Assembly (NCBI GenBank): GCA_902798815.1
Contig: CADBYH010000003.1
Coordinates: forward strand, 4,431 to 68,430
DNA: 64,000 bases
DNA from: an uncultured Erysipelotrichaceae bacterium
GTDB lineage: Bacteria; Bacillota_I; Bacilli_A; RF39; UBA660
Direction of reading: 5' to 3'
Below are positions 21,275 to 30,525 of the stretch, piece by piece. Positions within the stretch are counted from its first letter, which is position 1; each line of letters begins with the position of its first letter. The position numbers and the translations under genes were made by a program. The notes under the pieces were generated by a model. The model saw nothing but the letters and a program-made list of their open reading frames with translations, was not told the DNA's origin and searched no databases.

Positions 21275-22174
21275 ATGGATTTTAAAATAGGTGATAGTAT
21301 TGAAGAACAAACTCAAGAAGTAGTGAGAGCTAGGGTTAAAAAACAAAGAACTAAAGCAATTGTTACTGTTGTTATTTTAACTGTTGTTTTTGGATTGTCT
21401 GCATTTTTTATAAGTGGATTGATATTTAATAAAAAAGAACCTACTGCTCCACCACAAGAACAATTATCATTTGAAGATGAAACTGTACAAATATTATATA
21501 ATGTTATTACTCATGGAAATACGATGCAAAGAGATGATATTTTTGTAAAGAATAATTATGTTACAATGGATACTTTTACTGATGAAGAAAAGTTATATTA
21601 TTCATTACAATATGCTGATTCTGATGATTTGCAAGTTTCTAGTACTCTAAATGATTCAGAAAACAAAATATATTTATTAAGTGATAGTAGCATTAAGAAA
21701 TACATGAGGTATTTCTTCGGAGATTCTGTTAAATATTCTAATGTAGAAAGTATGACTTATACATTTGATTTTACTGTAAATGATAAAAATGTTGCAGAAT
21801 TGAAGTATAATAATAGAAATGGATATGATATAGAGTTTAAGGAGTATAAGAATCCAAATATGATGGAACCTGTTCAGGAAATGGCTATTACTCAGCCAGT
21901 TAGTGCAAAAAAAGAACAGGATGGAAGTATTATTATTGAAGAGAAAGTATTATATGTTAGAATAACTCCATTGGAAAATAATACGTTTAAATATGAAATA
22001 TTTAAAGATTATGAGAAAGAAATTCCGCTTGAAGTTAAAAATAATTTAACAGAAGAAGAAGTTAGAAATTATCAAGTTGATTTTGATAGTTTGTCTAATG
22101 TTATTACAATTCAATATGTTTTTGGTGTAAATTCTACGTCATATTATTTCAAAAGTAGTACTATGAAGAAGTAA
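21275..22174 (+). CDS. N-terminally membrane-anchored hypothetical protein
   Basis: Single TM after a basic stretch (KKQRTKAIVTVVILTVVFGLSAFFISGLIF), then an extracytoplasmic domain. Confidence 0.4.
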   Translation: MDFKIGDSIEEQTQEVVRARVKKQRTKAIVTVVILTVVFGLSAFFISGLIFNKKEPTAPPQEQLSFEDETVQILYNVITHGNTMQRDDIFVKNNYVTMDTFTDEEKLYYSLQYADSDDLQVSSTLNDSENKIYLLSDSSIKKYMRYFFGDSVKYSNVESMTYTFDFTVNDKNVAELKYNNRNGYDIEFKEYKNPNMMEPVQEMAITQPVSAKKEQDGSIIIEEKVLYVRITPLENNTFKYEIFKDYEKEIPLEVKNNLTEEEVRNYQVDFDSLSNVITIQYVFGVNSTSYYFKSSTMKK

Positions 22175-22232
22175 TGATTTACAAAATGGACCATTTGTGA
22201 TATAATATTAAACCGTCATGGGTGGTTTTTTT

Positions 22233-22727
22233 ATGAATAAAAGAGTTAATAGATTATTAAATTATTATGAATTTATATTTATTTCAATTATAGTATTATT
22301 TATATCTTTAATAGCTTATATAAATATAGATGTTGAAGGTTTAAAAATACTTGAAAAGATATTGTTTTTTGGAATAATACCTTTAGAGATATGCGTAGTA
22401 TCTATTGAATTATTATTATTTTTGTTTTTTAATAAAAGAATAAAAGTATTTTATGTTATATATTTATTTGTTGAGTTATTGGCTATTATTCTTATAAATA
22501 AGACATTTGTTTTTTCTGGATTAATAGTACTTATTGTTTTTAGTGTTATTAAGATGATTCTTAGAATAAAATATGTTGATATGATATATAATACTAAATT
22601 ATTTAGAAGATATTGTAGATTATTTAATATTAAATTTAAAAGAGTTACTAGTAAAAAGAAAAGAGTTACTAAAACTAATAGAGCAAGAAGTACTGCATCA
22701 GGAAAACCTGTTAAGAGTTATGCATAA
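22233..22727 (+). CDS. polytopic membrane protein with basic C-terminal tail
   Basis: Start moved to ATG 22233 (MNKRVNR). Four hydrophobic helices. C-terminal KKKRVTKTNRARSTASGKPVKSYA. Confidence 0.35.
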   Translation: MNKRVNRLLNYYEFIFISIIVLFISLIAYINIDVEGLKILEKILFFGIIPLEICVVSIELLLFLFFNKRIKVFYVIYLFVELLAIILINKTFVFSGLIVLIVFSVIKMILRIKYVDMIYNTKLFRRYCRLFNIKFKRVTSKKKRVTKTNRARSTASGKPVKSYA

Positions 22728-22792
22728 TATATATAAGCACTATTACTAGTGCTTTTATTATGATATAATATATTTGTTTGGAGGCTAACTTT

Positions 22793-24586
22793 ATGAAAGA
22801 AGAAAATATCAGAAATTTTTGTATTATTGCACATATTGATCATGGTAAAAGTACTCTTGCTGATAGAATACTTGAATTGACTGGTGCTATTGACAAAAGA
22901 GAATTAAAGAGTCAAATGTTAGACTCCATGGATTTAGAACGTGAAAGAGGAATTACAATAAAGTTAAATGCTGTACAGTTATCATATAAATATAATGATG
23001 AGACATATCAACTTAATTTAATAGATACACCGGGACATGTTGATTTTTCATATGAAGTTTCTCGTTCTTTAGCGGCATGTGAAGGAGCAATACTTGTTGT
23101 TGATGCTGCTCAAGGAGTAGAAGCACAAACTCTTGCTAATTTATATTTGGCACTTGATAATAATCTTACTGTTATTCCAGTTATTAATAAAATAGATTTA
23201 CCTAGTGCTGATCCAGATAAGGTTATTGGTGAATTAGAAAATATTGGATTTGAAAAAAAAGATATTGTTTTAACTAGTGCAAAGACTGGAGTAGGCGTAG
23301 AAGAATTACTTGAAAAGATTATTTCAGTAATACCATCTCCTAAAGGAGATAGGAAATCTCCATTAAAAGCATTGATATTTGATAGTTTATTTGATTCGTA
23401 TAGAGGAGTTATTACAAGTATTAGAGTTGTTGATGGTGAAGTTCATACCGGAGATATTATTAGGATGATGGAAACTGATGCTGTTTATGATGTGGTTGGA
23501 CTTTCTATTAATAATCCAAAAGAAAAAGAAGTATCTGTTTTAAGAGCAGGAGAGGTTGGATATTTATTTGCATCAATTAAAAGTATTAGTGATGTTCATG
23601 TTGGTGATACAATAACATTAGATGATAATCCTGCTAAGGAAGCTCTTCCGGGATACAAACCTATGAAGCCGACTGTATATTGTGGATTATATCCTATTGA
23701 ATCTAGTAAATTTGAAGATTTAAGAGAAGCTCTTAATAAACTAAAATTAAATGATGCAGCACTTACTTTTGAACCTGAAACATCTAAAGCATTAGGTTTT
23801 GGATTTAGATGTGGGTTTTTAGGTTTACTTCATATGGAAATTGTAGAAGAGAGAATTGAAAGAGAATTTGGAATAGATTTAATTGCGACTTCTCCTTCTG
23901 TTGTATATGAAGTTGAAATGACTGATAAGAGTAAAATACTTGTTGATAGTCCTACTAAAATGCCAAGAAGAGAATTAATTAATAAAACATATGAACCATA
24001 TGTTAAATGTAGTATATTTACTCCTAGTGAATATATTGGACCATTAATGGAATTATGTCAGGATAAAAGGGGAACATTTATAAATATAGATTATTTGGAT
24101 ACTGAGAGAGTAACAATTAATTATGAATTACCTTTATCAGAAATTGTATATGACTTCTTTGATAGATTAAAATCATCTACTAAAGGTTATGCTTCATTTG
24201 ATTATGAAGTTATTGGATATAAAGAAAGCAATCTTGTGAAAATGGATATTCTACTTAATGGTGAAATTGTTGATGCTTTAAGTGTAATTGTTCATAAAGA
24301 TTTTGCTTATAAGCGTGGAAGATTAGTTGTTGAAAAATTAAAGGAAATAATACCAAGACAATTATTTGAGGTTCCAATACAAGCTGCTATTGGTATGCAT
24401 GTAATTGCTAGAGAAACAGTTAGAGCACTAAGAAAAGATGTTTTAGCTAAATGTTATGGTGGAGATGTTACAAGAAAGAAGAAGTTGCTTGAAAAACAAA
24501 AAGAAGGAAAGAAGAGAATGAAACAAATAGGAAGTGTTGAGGTTCCTCAAGAAGCATTCTTATCTATTCTTTCTACAAAGGAGTAA
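22793..24586 (+). CDS. lepA: elongation factor 4 (LepA)
   Basis: G-domain motifs ([22 protein letters not shown]) and the LepA-specific C-terminal domain. Start at ATG 22793, 9 nt after GGAGG; the track TTG at 22778 lies inside the RBS. Confidence 0.9.
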   Translation: MKEENIRNFCIIAHIDHGKSTLADRILELTGAIDKRELKSQMLDSMDLERERGITIKLNAVQLSYKYNDETYQLNLIDTPGHVDFSYEVSRSLAACEGAILVVDAAQGVEAQTLANLYLALDNNLTVIPVINKIDLPSADPDKVIGELENIGFEKKDIVLTSAKTGVGVEELLEKIISVIPSPKGDRKSPLKALIFDSLFDSYRGVITSIRVVDGEVHTGDIIRMMETDAVYDVVGLSINNPKEKEVSVLRAGEVGYLFASIKSISDVHVGDTITLDDNPAKEALPGYKPMKPTVYCGLYPIESSKFEDLREALNKLKLNDAALTFEPETSKALGFGFRCGFLGLLHMEIVEERIEREFGIDLIATSPSVVYEVEMTDKSKILVDSPTKMPRRELINKTYEPYVKCSIFTPSEYIGPLMELCQDKRGTFINIDYLDTERVTINYELPLSEIVYDFFDRLKSSTKGYASFDYEVIGYKESNLVKMDILLNGEIVDALSVIVHKDFAYKRGRLVVEKLKEIIPRQLFEVPIQAAIGMHVIARETVRALRKDVLAKCYGGDVTRKKKLLEKQKEGKKRMKQIGSVEVPQEAFLSILSTKE

Positions 24587-24590
24587 TATT

Positions 24591-25043
24591 ATGATAGATG
24601 AAAATATAATTATACATGAAGCAGAAGAATATGTTTCAAATAATAAAACCATGAAGGAAACTGCTGATGATTTACATATTTCAAAAAGAACACTTCAACT
24701 ACATTTTAAGAGATTAAAGGATATAAATGAAAAACTATATCAAGAAGTTATAAATAAGCAAGAAAAAAATCAAGCAGAAGGAAGAGTAAAAGGTGGTCAT
24801 TTAGGAAAAGCAACCTCAAAATTTACAAGTGATGATGCAGAAAGAATAGCAAAAATAATGATAGATAAGTGCCTTTCTTATAAGGATGCTGAAGAGGAAT
24901 TTGGAATACCTAAATCAACAATTTATGAAATATTACATAGTGATTTAGTAAGTAAAAGAACTAAAGATATGTTAGATATATTAGCAGAAGCAAATATACA
25001 TGATCTAACAACAGAAGAACTTTTGAGAAGAAAAAGAAAATGA
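24591..25043 (+). CDS. SpoIIID-like transcriptional regulator with a duplicated HTH (tandem SpoIIID-type module)
   Basis: First half aligns with B. subtilis SpoIIID: LKDINEKLYQEVINKQEKNQAEGRVKGGHLGKATSKF ~ LPEINPDLANEVKEILDYHKSIRHLRGGEATKLKYK. A second HTH copy is present (EEEFGIPKSTIYEIL). Start at 24591 after AAGGAG. Overlaps hemW by 4 nt. Confidence 0.5.
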   Translation: MIDENIIIHEAEEYVSNNKTMKETADDLHISKRTLQLHFKRLKDINEKLYQEVINKQEKNQAEGRVKGGHLGKATSKFTSDDAERIAKIMIDKCLSYKDAEEEFGIPKSTIYEILHSDLVSKRTKDMLDILAEANIHDLTTEELLRRKRK

Positions 25044-26137
25044 TAAAAAGTTGTTATATACATATTCCGTTTTGTAATAAAATATGTTCTTATTGTGATT
25101 TTCCTAAACTGCTTTATAATGCTAATTATGTAGATAAATATTTAGATTCATTAGAAAAAGAGATTAAATCTATATATAAAAATGATATTTTAGATACTTT
25201 ATATATAGGTGGAGGTACTCCTAGTTCTCTTTCTTTAGAGCAATTATCAAGATTATTTAATATACTTGGTAACTTAAAAAAATCAATAGATATAGAATAT
25301 ACAATAGAATGTAATTTTTCTTCGTTAACAAAAGATAAATTAGAACTGTTTAAAAAAGTGGGAGTAAATAGAATAAGTTTAGGAATAGAATCTATAGATA
25401 AGAATAATTTAAAATTATTAGAAAGAGAAGAATATACTGATGAAATAGTAAATAAAATAAAATTAATAAGAGATATTGGAATTAATAATATTAATGTTGA
25501 TTTAATGTATGCTTTACCTGGTGAGACGATAGAAGTTTTAGAAAAAGATTTAGATTTTATATTATCTTTGGATGTTGAACATATATCTACTTATTCATTA
25601 ATAATAGAAGATCATACTAAATTAAAGATTAGTAATATTAAAAATATAGATGAAGATTTAGATTATGAAATGTACCGATTAATTAATAATAAATTGAAAT
25701 CTAATGGGTATAAACACTATGAAATAAGTAATTATTCTAAAGATTGTTTTGAATCTAGACACAATAAGTGTTATTGGTTAAATGATGAATATTATGGTTT
25801 TGGTTTAGGAGCAGCATCTTATATTGATAATAAAAGAATTACTAATACTAGATCTATTACTAAATACATTAATAATGGATATTCTATTGTATGTGAGGAT
25901 TTAGATATTGATTCTAAGATAGAGTATGAGATTATGCTTAATCTTAGATTATGTTGTGGGATTGATCTAGATAGATTTAAGAATAAATATGGTATTTTTT
26001 TGAGTGAAAAGTATGATTATAATTATTTGGTTAATACAGGGTTATTAATATTAAATAATAATTGTTTATTTATACCTGAAGATAAATTATATATTAGTAA
26101 TCAAATAATAGTTAAATTATTACAAAATAAATTATAA
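25040..26137 (+). CDS. hemW: radical SAM heme chaperone HemW (coproporphyrinogen III oxidase-like)
   Basis: CYIHIPFCNKICSYCDF is the Cx3Cx2C motif in the HemW/HemN-like context. Conserved lepA-hemW adjacency. Confidence 0.8.
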   Translation: MIKSCYIHIPFCNKICSYCDFPKLLYNANYVDKYLDSLEKEIKSIYKNDILDTLYIGGGTPSSLSLEQLSRLFNILGNLKKSIDIEYTIECNFSSLTKDKLELFKKVGVNRISLGIESIDKNNLKLLEREEYTDEIVNKIKLIRDIGINNINVDLMYALPGETIEVLEKDLDFILSLDVEHISTYSLIIEDHTKLKISNIKNIDEDLDYEMYRLINNKLKSNGYKHYEISNYSKDCFESRHNKCYWLNDEYYGFGLGAASYIDNKRITNTRSITKYINNGYSIVCEDLDIDSKIEYEIMLNLRLCCGIDLDRFKNKYGIFLSEKYDYNYLVNTGLLILNNNCLFIPEDKLYISNQIIVKLLQNKL

Positions 26138-26170
26138 TTATGATAGAATTATATATAGGATAGTGATGTT

Positions 26171-26755
26171 ATGGAAGAATTAGAAGAAATGTTTATGGAT
26201 GAATTGAATTATTTAAAAAATGATAGTTATGCTGATATATTACTTAATATTTTAAATATGTTACCTGAATATTGGTTTGATGTTGAAGCATCATCAACAG
26301 GAAAATATCATCCTCAGTATGCACTGGGTAAAGGAGGACTTTTAAGACATTCAAAAGCTGCTATGAGAATAGGGTTTGAATTGCTTAGTAATCCTGTTAT
26401 TGGATCAAAATATACTGAAAGAGAACATGATTTAATGCTTATGGCATTGCTTGTGCATGATGGATTAAAATCTGGTAATCCTAAAGAAAAATATACTAGA
26501 TTTGATCATCCAATTTTGATGGCTAACCTAATAATAGATAATAAGAAAGACTTAGGTCTTACTGATAGTGATGCTAAATTTATGGCAGATGTTATTAAAA
26601 CTCATATGGGTGCATGGACTAAGGATTATGATGGGAATGAAGTATTAGAACCGCCAAAGACAAAATATCAGAATTTTGTTCATATGTGTGATTTTCTAGC
26701 ATCACGTAAGTGTTTATTAGTTCCTTTTGATGAGGATAATAAAATAAATGTATAA
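26171..26755 (+). CDS. HD-domain phosphohydrolase
   Basis: H...HD...D metal-binding pattern (HPQYAL..., LLVHDGLKS, VHMCD). Confidence 0.55.
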   Translation: MEELEEMFMDELNYLKNDSYADILLNILNMLPEYWFDVEASSTGKYHPQYALGKGGLLRHSKAAMRIGFELLSNPVIGSKYTEREHDLMLMALLVHDGLKSGNPKEKYTRFDHPILMANLIIDNKKDLGLTDSDAKFMADVIKTHMGAWTKDYDGNEVLEPPKTKYQNFVHMCDFLASRKCLLVPFDEDNKINV

Positions 26756-26819
26756 TGATGACTAGTTTGTTGTTTGACTTATATTAATTTGGTAAAATAG
26801 ATTAAGAAGGAGGTTAATA

Positions 26820-27347
26820 ATGAAAAAGATAAAAAAAAGAAAAAAAGAGAAGCATATTTTTTCATGGATACTTATGATTGTTTTAATAATTATTGTGTTT
26901 TGTTTAAGTGCTTTGATTTTTAATACTGATTATTTATCTCCTAAAATCGATGAATTGACAACAAGTTATATATCTTTTAATAATGTTGAGTCTACTGATA
27001 TTATTAAAATTTCTAATATAAAAAGAATGGATGATGATACTGGTAAAAGTTATAGGAATAGAAATAGTGTTTCTTTTAATGTAAATGGTAAAAAGAATAC
27101 TAATTATGAAATTGTTTTGTATCCTATAGGTACTATAATTAGTGATGATTCTGTTAATTTTTATTTAAAAAATAATGTTGATAATGTTTCAAATAGTCTT
27201 AATAATATGGAAAAAAAAGAAGATGGTGGAATTGTTATTTATAAATCAACTATAGGTAATGAAGGAAAGTTTACACTAAAACTATGGGTTGATGATGATT
27301 ATAATAAATCATTTAAGAATTTGTCATATGAAGTTAAGATAAAATAA
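26820..27347 (+). CDS. N-terminally anchored extracytoplasmic hypothetical protein
   Basis: Basic N-terminus plus TM (KKRKKEKHIFSWILMIVLIIIVFCLSALIF). Strong AGGAGG RBS. Confidence 0.4.
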   Translation: MKKIKKRKKEKHIFSWILMIVLIIIVFCLSALIFNTDYLSPKIDELTTSYISFNNVESTDIIKISNIKRMDDDTGKSYRNRNSVSFNVNGKKNTNYEIVLYPIGTIISDDSVNFYLKNNVDNVSNSLNNMEKKEDGGIVIYKSTIGNEGKFTLKLWVDDDYNKSFKNLSYEVKIK

Positions 27348-27360
27348 AGGTGGAGAGAAT

Positions 27361-28035
27361 ATGAAAAAGGGACGAGTAATAGTGATTGAAGGAACAGATT
27401 GTTCTGGAAAAGAGACTCAATCTAAAATTCTTGAAGAGAGATTTAAAAAAGAAAAAATTAAATGTATTAGATTTGGATTTCCTATGTATGAAACTGCGAC
27501 TGGAAAAGTTGTTGGAGGAGCATATTTGGGAAAACCTGAGATTTCTGAATCTTTTTTTAAAGAAGGAGCTGTTAATGTAGATCCTTTTGTTGTTTCTCTT
27601 TATTATGCTGCTGATAGAAAATATAATATGCCTGTGATAGAGGAATATCTAAATAAGGGTTATAATGTTATTTTAGATAGATATATTTCTTCTAATCAAG
27701 CACATCAAGGGAGTAAAATAAAAAATCCAGATGATAGATTTGATATGTATCAGTGGATTGATAAACTAGAATATTGGTTATTAAAATTGCCTAAACCAGA
27801 TATAACTATATTTTTACATGTTCCATATAAGAACTCTTTAGAACTTAGAAGTAATAGGGAATTGCTTGATGAACATGAGAAGGATGAAAATCATTTAAAA
27901 GCAGCTGAGGAAGCATATATAGAGTTGTCTGAGTTATATAATTGGAATAGAATTGAATGTATTAAAAATAATAAATTAAGATCAATAGAAGATATTTCTG
28001 ATGAGATATACAAGATATGTAAAAAGTCACTTTAA
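27361..28035 (+). CDS. tmk: thymidylate kinase family protein (eukaryote/archaeal-like TMPK)
   Basis: P-loop VIEGTDCSGKETQ. VILDRYISSNQAHQGSK and KPDITIFLHV align with human TMPK VVDRYAFSGVAFTGAK and KPDLVLFLQL. Confidence 0.6.
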   Translation: MKKGRVIVIEGTDCSGKETQSKILEERFKKEKIKCIRFGFPMYETATGKVVGGAYLGKPEISESFFKEGAVNVDPFVVSLYYAADRKYNMPVIEEYLNKGYNVILDRYISSNQAHQGSKIKNPDDRFDMYQWIDKLEYWLLKLPKPDITIFLHVPYKNSLELRSNRELLDEHEKDENHLKAAEEAYIELSELYNWNRIECIKNNKLRSIEDISDEIYKICKKSL

Positions 28036-28045
28036 AAAAGTGACT

Positions 28046-29821
28046 TTATTTATTTTCTGTATCATTAATTATTGTTGGCATTATTGGACTTGTATTTATT
28101 GATGGAGTATACTCAACATTTTTTTGTTCTTGATTTATTGGCGTTGTATCTAATGATGGAACTTTTGTTATATCTATTTTATAAGCATTTGTTGATGTAT
28201 CTACATCGTTTATATCTATTTTATCTTCGAGATTTGTATTTACGGTTTCTATTGGATCTGTTGTATATATTTCTTGAAGAGCAATTGGTTGCTCAGTAGT
28301 TGTATTTGCCTCTTCTGGAGTTGTTGGTTGTTGCTCAGCAGAAGTATTAATTTCTTCCTGAGTTGTTGGTTGTTGCTCAGTGGTTGTATTTGCCTCTTCT
28401 GGAACAGATGGTTGCTGTTCAGCAGTAGTATTTGTCTCTTTTGGAACAGATGGTTGTTGTTCAGCGGTAGTATTTATTTCTTCTGGAACAGATGGTTGTT
28501 GTTCGGTAGTTGTATTTGTATTTCCTGTATTTATAGCATCAATTATTTCTCTTGATAATTCGTTTTCATAATTATCATCTTCTTCATTTTCTATTTCGAT
28601 TGTTCTATATATTTCTTCAAATGAAGTTTTTCCTTCAAGACATTTTATCAATGCATCTTGTAGCATTGTTATTGTATTTTCTGAATATACCATTGTAGCA
28701 AGTTCTTTTTTTGAAAGATTTTCATTACTTAGAGCATTTCTTATATCATCATCTATTTCTAGGACTTCATGAAGAGCAATTCTTCCTTTATATCCTCTAC
28801 GGCAGTGTTCACAACCTTTTGGATTTGCATCCCATAGTTCATCGACGTCCATATTCATATATTTTTTAAAAATTTTCTTTTCATATTTTGTAATTGGTCT
28901 TTTTACTCTACAATTTGTACATAAGGATTTTGCAAGTCTTTGAGATATGATTCCTGAAAGAGCTGTTGATAGAAGGTATCTCTCAACATCCATATCAAGA
29001 AGTCTTTCAACTGTTGCTAGGGCATTGTTTGTATGGATTGTTGATAAAACTAAGTGTCCTGTTATAGAAGCACGTACAGCTATTTGTGCTGTTTCAGAGT
29101 CACGAATCTCTCCGATTAGTATAATATTTGGATCTTGACGCAAAATAGAACGTAGTGCTGCTGCGAATGTCATTCCAATTTCAGCGTTTACTTGAACTTG
29201 ATTTATACCTTCAATATTCATTTCTATGGGGTCTTCAACTGTTATGATATTAGTTTCAGGTTTATTTAATCCTTGTAGTATTGAATATGTTGTGGTTGAT
29301 TTACCAGAACCAGTAGCACCTGTTGTTAGGATGATACCATTTGGTAATCCCATTATTCTTTTGATTTTTTCTAAATTTTTTGGGTGGAATCCTAATGAGT
29401 CGATTCCTTCAAGACTTCTTGTATAGTCTAAGATACGGATAACTACTTTTTCTCCTTCGTTTAATGGTAGAACGGAAACACGCATATCAAGATATTCTCC
29501 ATTAAATGTTCCTTTTATTGCTCCATCTTGTGGAAGTCTTGATTCAGTTATGTTCATGTTTGCCATTAATTTAAGTCTTGTGGTTAAATTTCTTTCATAT
29601 GCTTTAGGAACGAATGTATAGTCTTGACAATCACCATCAATTCTAAAACGAACCATCATTCCTTCTTCTCTAGGATCGAAATGAATATCTGATGATTTAT
29701 TGTGTGAAGCTGCAATGATTATTTGATCAGCTATTTGAGTAATTGGTGTTTTTGTAAAATCAAATGACACCATAAAACTCTCGGTTCCTTGTTTGACTTG
29801 TTTGACATCGTATTGAACCAT
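28046..29821 (-). CDS. GspE/PilB-family type IV pilus / competence (ComGA-like) assembly ATPase with an atypical ~170-aa C-terminal tandem-repeat tail
   Basis: Walker A (TTGATGSGKSTT), Asp box, Walker B, His box, tetracysteine motif (CTNCR...CEHCRRGYKGR). A tail of 6 x EQQPSVPEE(I/A)NTT(A/T) follows. Start set at the internal Met (MVQYDV, codon 13) because AAGGGGA lies 6 nt upstream; the track start is 29857. Confidence 0.8.
   Translation of the reverse strand: MVQYDVKQVKQGTESFMVSFDFTKTPITQIADQIIIAASHNKSSDIHFDPREEGMMVRFRIDGDCQDYTFVPKAYERNLTTRLKLMANMNITESRLPQDGAIKGTFNGEYLDMRVSVLPLNEGEKVVIRILDYTRSLEGIDSLGFHPKNLEKIKRIMGLPNGIILTTGATGSGKSTTTYSILQGLNKPETNIITVEDPIEMNIEGINQVQVNAEIGMTFAAALRSILRQDPNIILIGEIRDSETAQIAVRASITGHLVLSTIHTNNALATVERLLDMDVERYLLSTALSGIISQRLAKSLCTNCRVKRPITKYEKKIFKKYMNMDVDELWDANPKGCEHCRRGYKGRIALHEVLEIDDDIRNALSNENLSKKELATMVYSENTITMLQDALIKCLEGKTSFEEIYRTIEIENEEDDNYENELSREIIDAINTGNTNTTTEQQPSVPEEINTTAEQQPSVPKETNTTAEQQPSVPEEANTTTEQQPTTQEEINTSAEQQPTTPEEANTTTEQPIALQEIYTTDPIETVNTNLEDKIDINDVDTSTNAYKIDITKVPSLDTTPINQEQKNVEYTPSINTSPIMPTIINDTENK
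28285..28540. repeat. 42-bp imperfect tandem repeat (~6 copies) inside the 3' end of the ATPase gene
   Basis: + strand units are GTTGCTCAG(C/T)AG..GTATT..TTC(T/C)TCTGGA(A/G)..GTTGG. They encode the 14-aa peptide repeat on the - strand. Read directly. Confidence 0.8.
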
Positions 29822-29940
29822 TTTCGATCCCCTTTCTTGACTATTTACTATAATCAATATTTATTCTTTTCTATGGTATTTTACTATAAAATATTATATA
29901 ATAAATTTATAAGAATATCAAGGAGAGTGAGAATGAAAAT

Positions 29941-30525
29941 ATGAAAAAATTAAACGAATCTGGATTCGTTCTTGCTGAAACACTTATTGCAACAGTTTTT
30001 TTGACTGTAATATTTTCAATGATATATGTAAATTATTATCCGCTTATTGCAGAATATGAAAAAAGGGAAGTATATGACGATGTAGATGGTAAATATGTTG
30101 CATATTGGGTAAAAAAAATAATAGAGAATGATTCATTTGGGTTTAGTTCTGCAGATGCTGATAAAATGAATAATAAAGGATACATTGGATTTAAATGTAC
30201 ATCAATATCTGATGTGAATCAAAGATCTATGTGTATTAATATTATGAATTCATTTAATATAGCTGATGATTGTGGCGCTACTACTGGTAAATACTGTGCA
30301 TATATCACACATTATCGTATAGGAGGAACTATTACACCAAATTTTAAAGATACAGTTAATTCAGATGATAATTTTGCAGTTGATTTTAAAGATTATGTGA
30401 ATTATCTACCTGATTTTGCAACTGGTGATCCAGATAATAATAAATATAGAGTTATTGTTGTTGTTAGACATCAAGAAGGTGGAAACGATTACCGTTCATA
30501 TTCTACTATGGAGGTGAACAAATAA
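29941..30525 (+). CDS. prepilin-type pseudopilin-like protein
   Basis: MKKLNESGFVLAETLIATVFLTVIFSMIYV is a class-III-like signal (G|FxLxE). Divergent from the ATPase gene. AAGGAGAG RBS. Confidence 0.55.
   Translation: MKKLNESGFVLAETLIATVFLTVIFSMIYVNYYPLIAEYEKREVYDDVDGKYVAYWVKKIIENDSFGFSSADADKMNNKGYIGFKCTSISDVNQRSMCINIMNSFNIADDCGATTGKYCAYITHYRIGGTITPNFKDTVNSDDNFAVDFKDYVNYLPDFATGDPDNNKYRVIVVVRHQEGGNDYRSYSTMEVNK

Noticed and set aside
28285-28540. Regularly spaced ~42-bp direct repeats that could superficially resemble a CRISPR array
   Set aside because: The units are contiguous with no unique spacers, lie inside a long ORF on the opposite strand, and translate into a coherent 14-aa peptide repeat. 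No cas genes are nearby.
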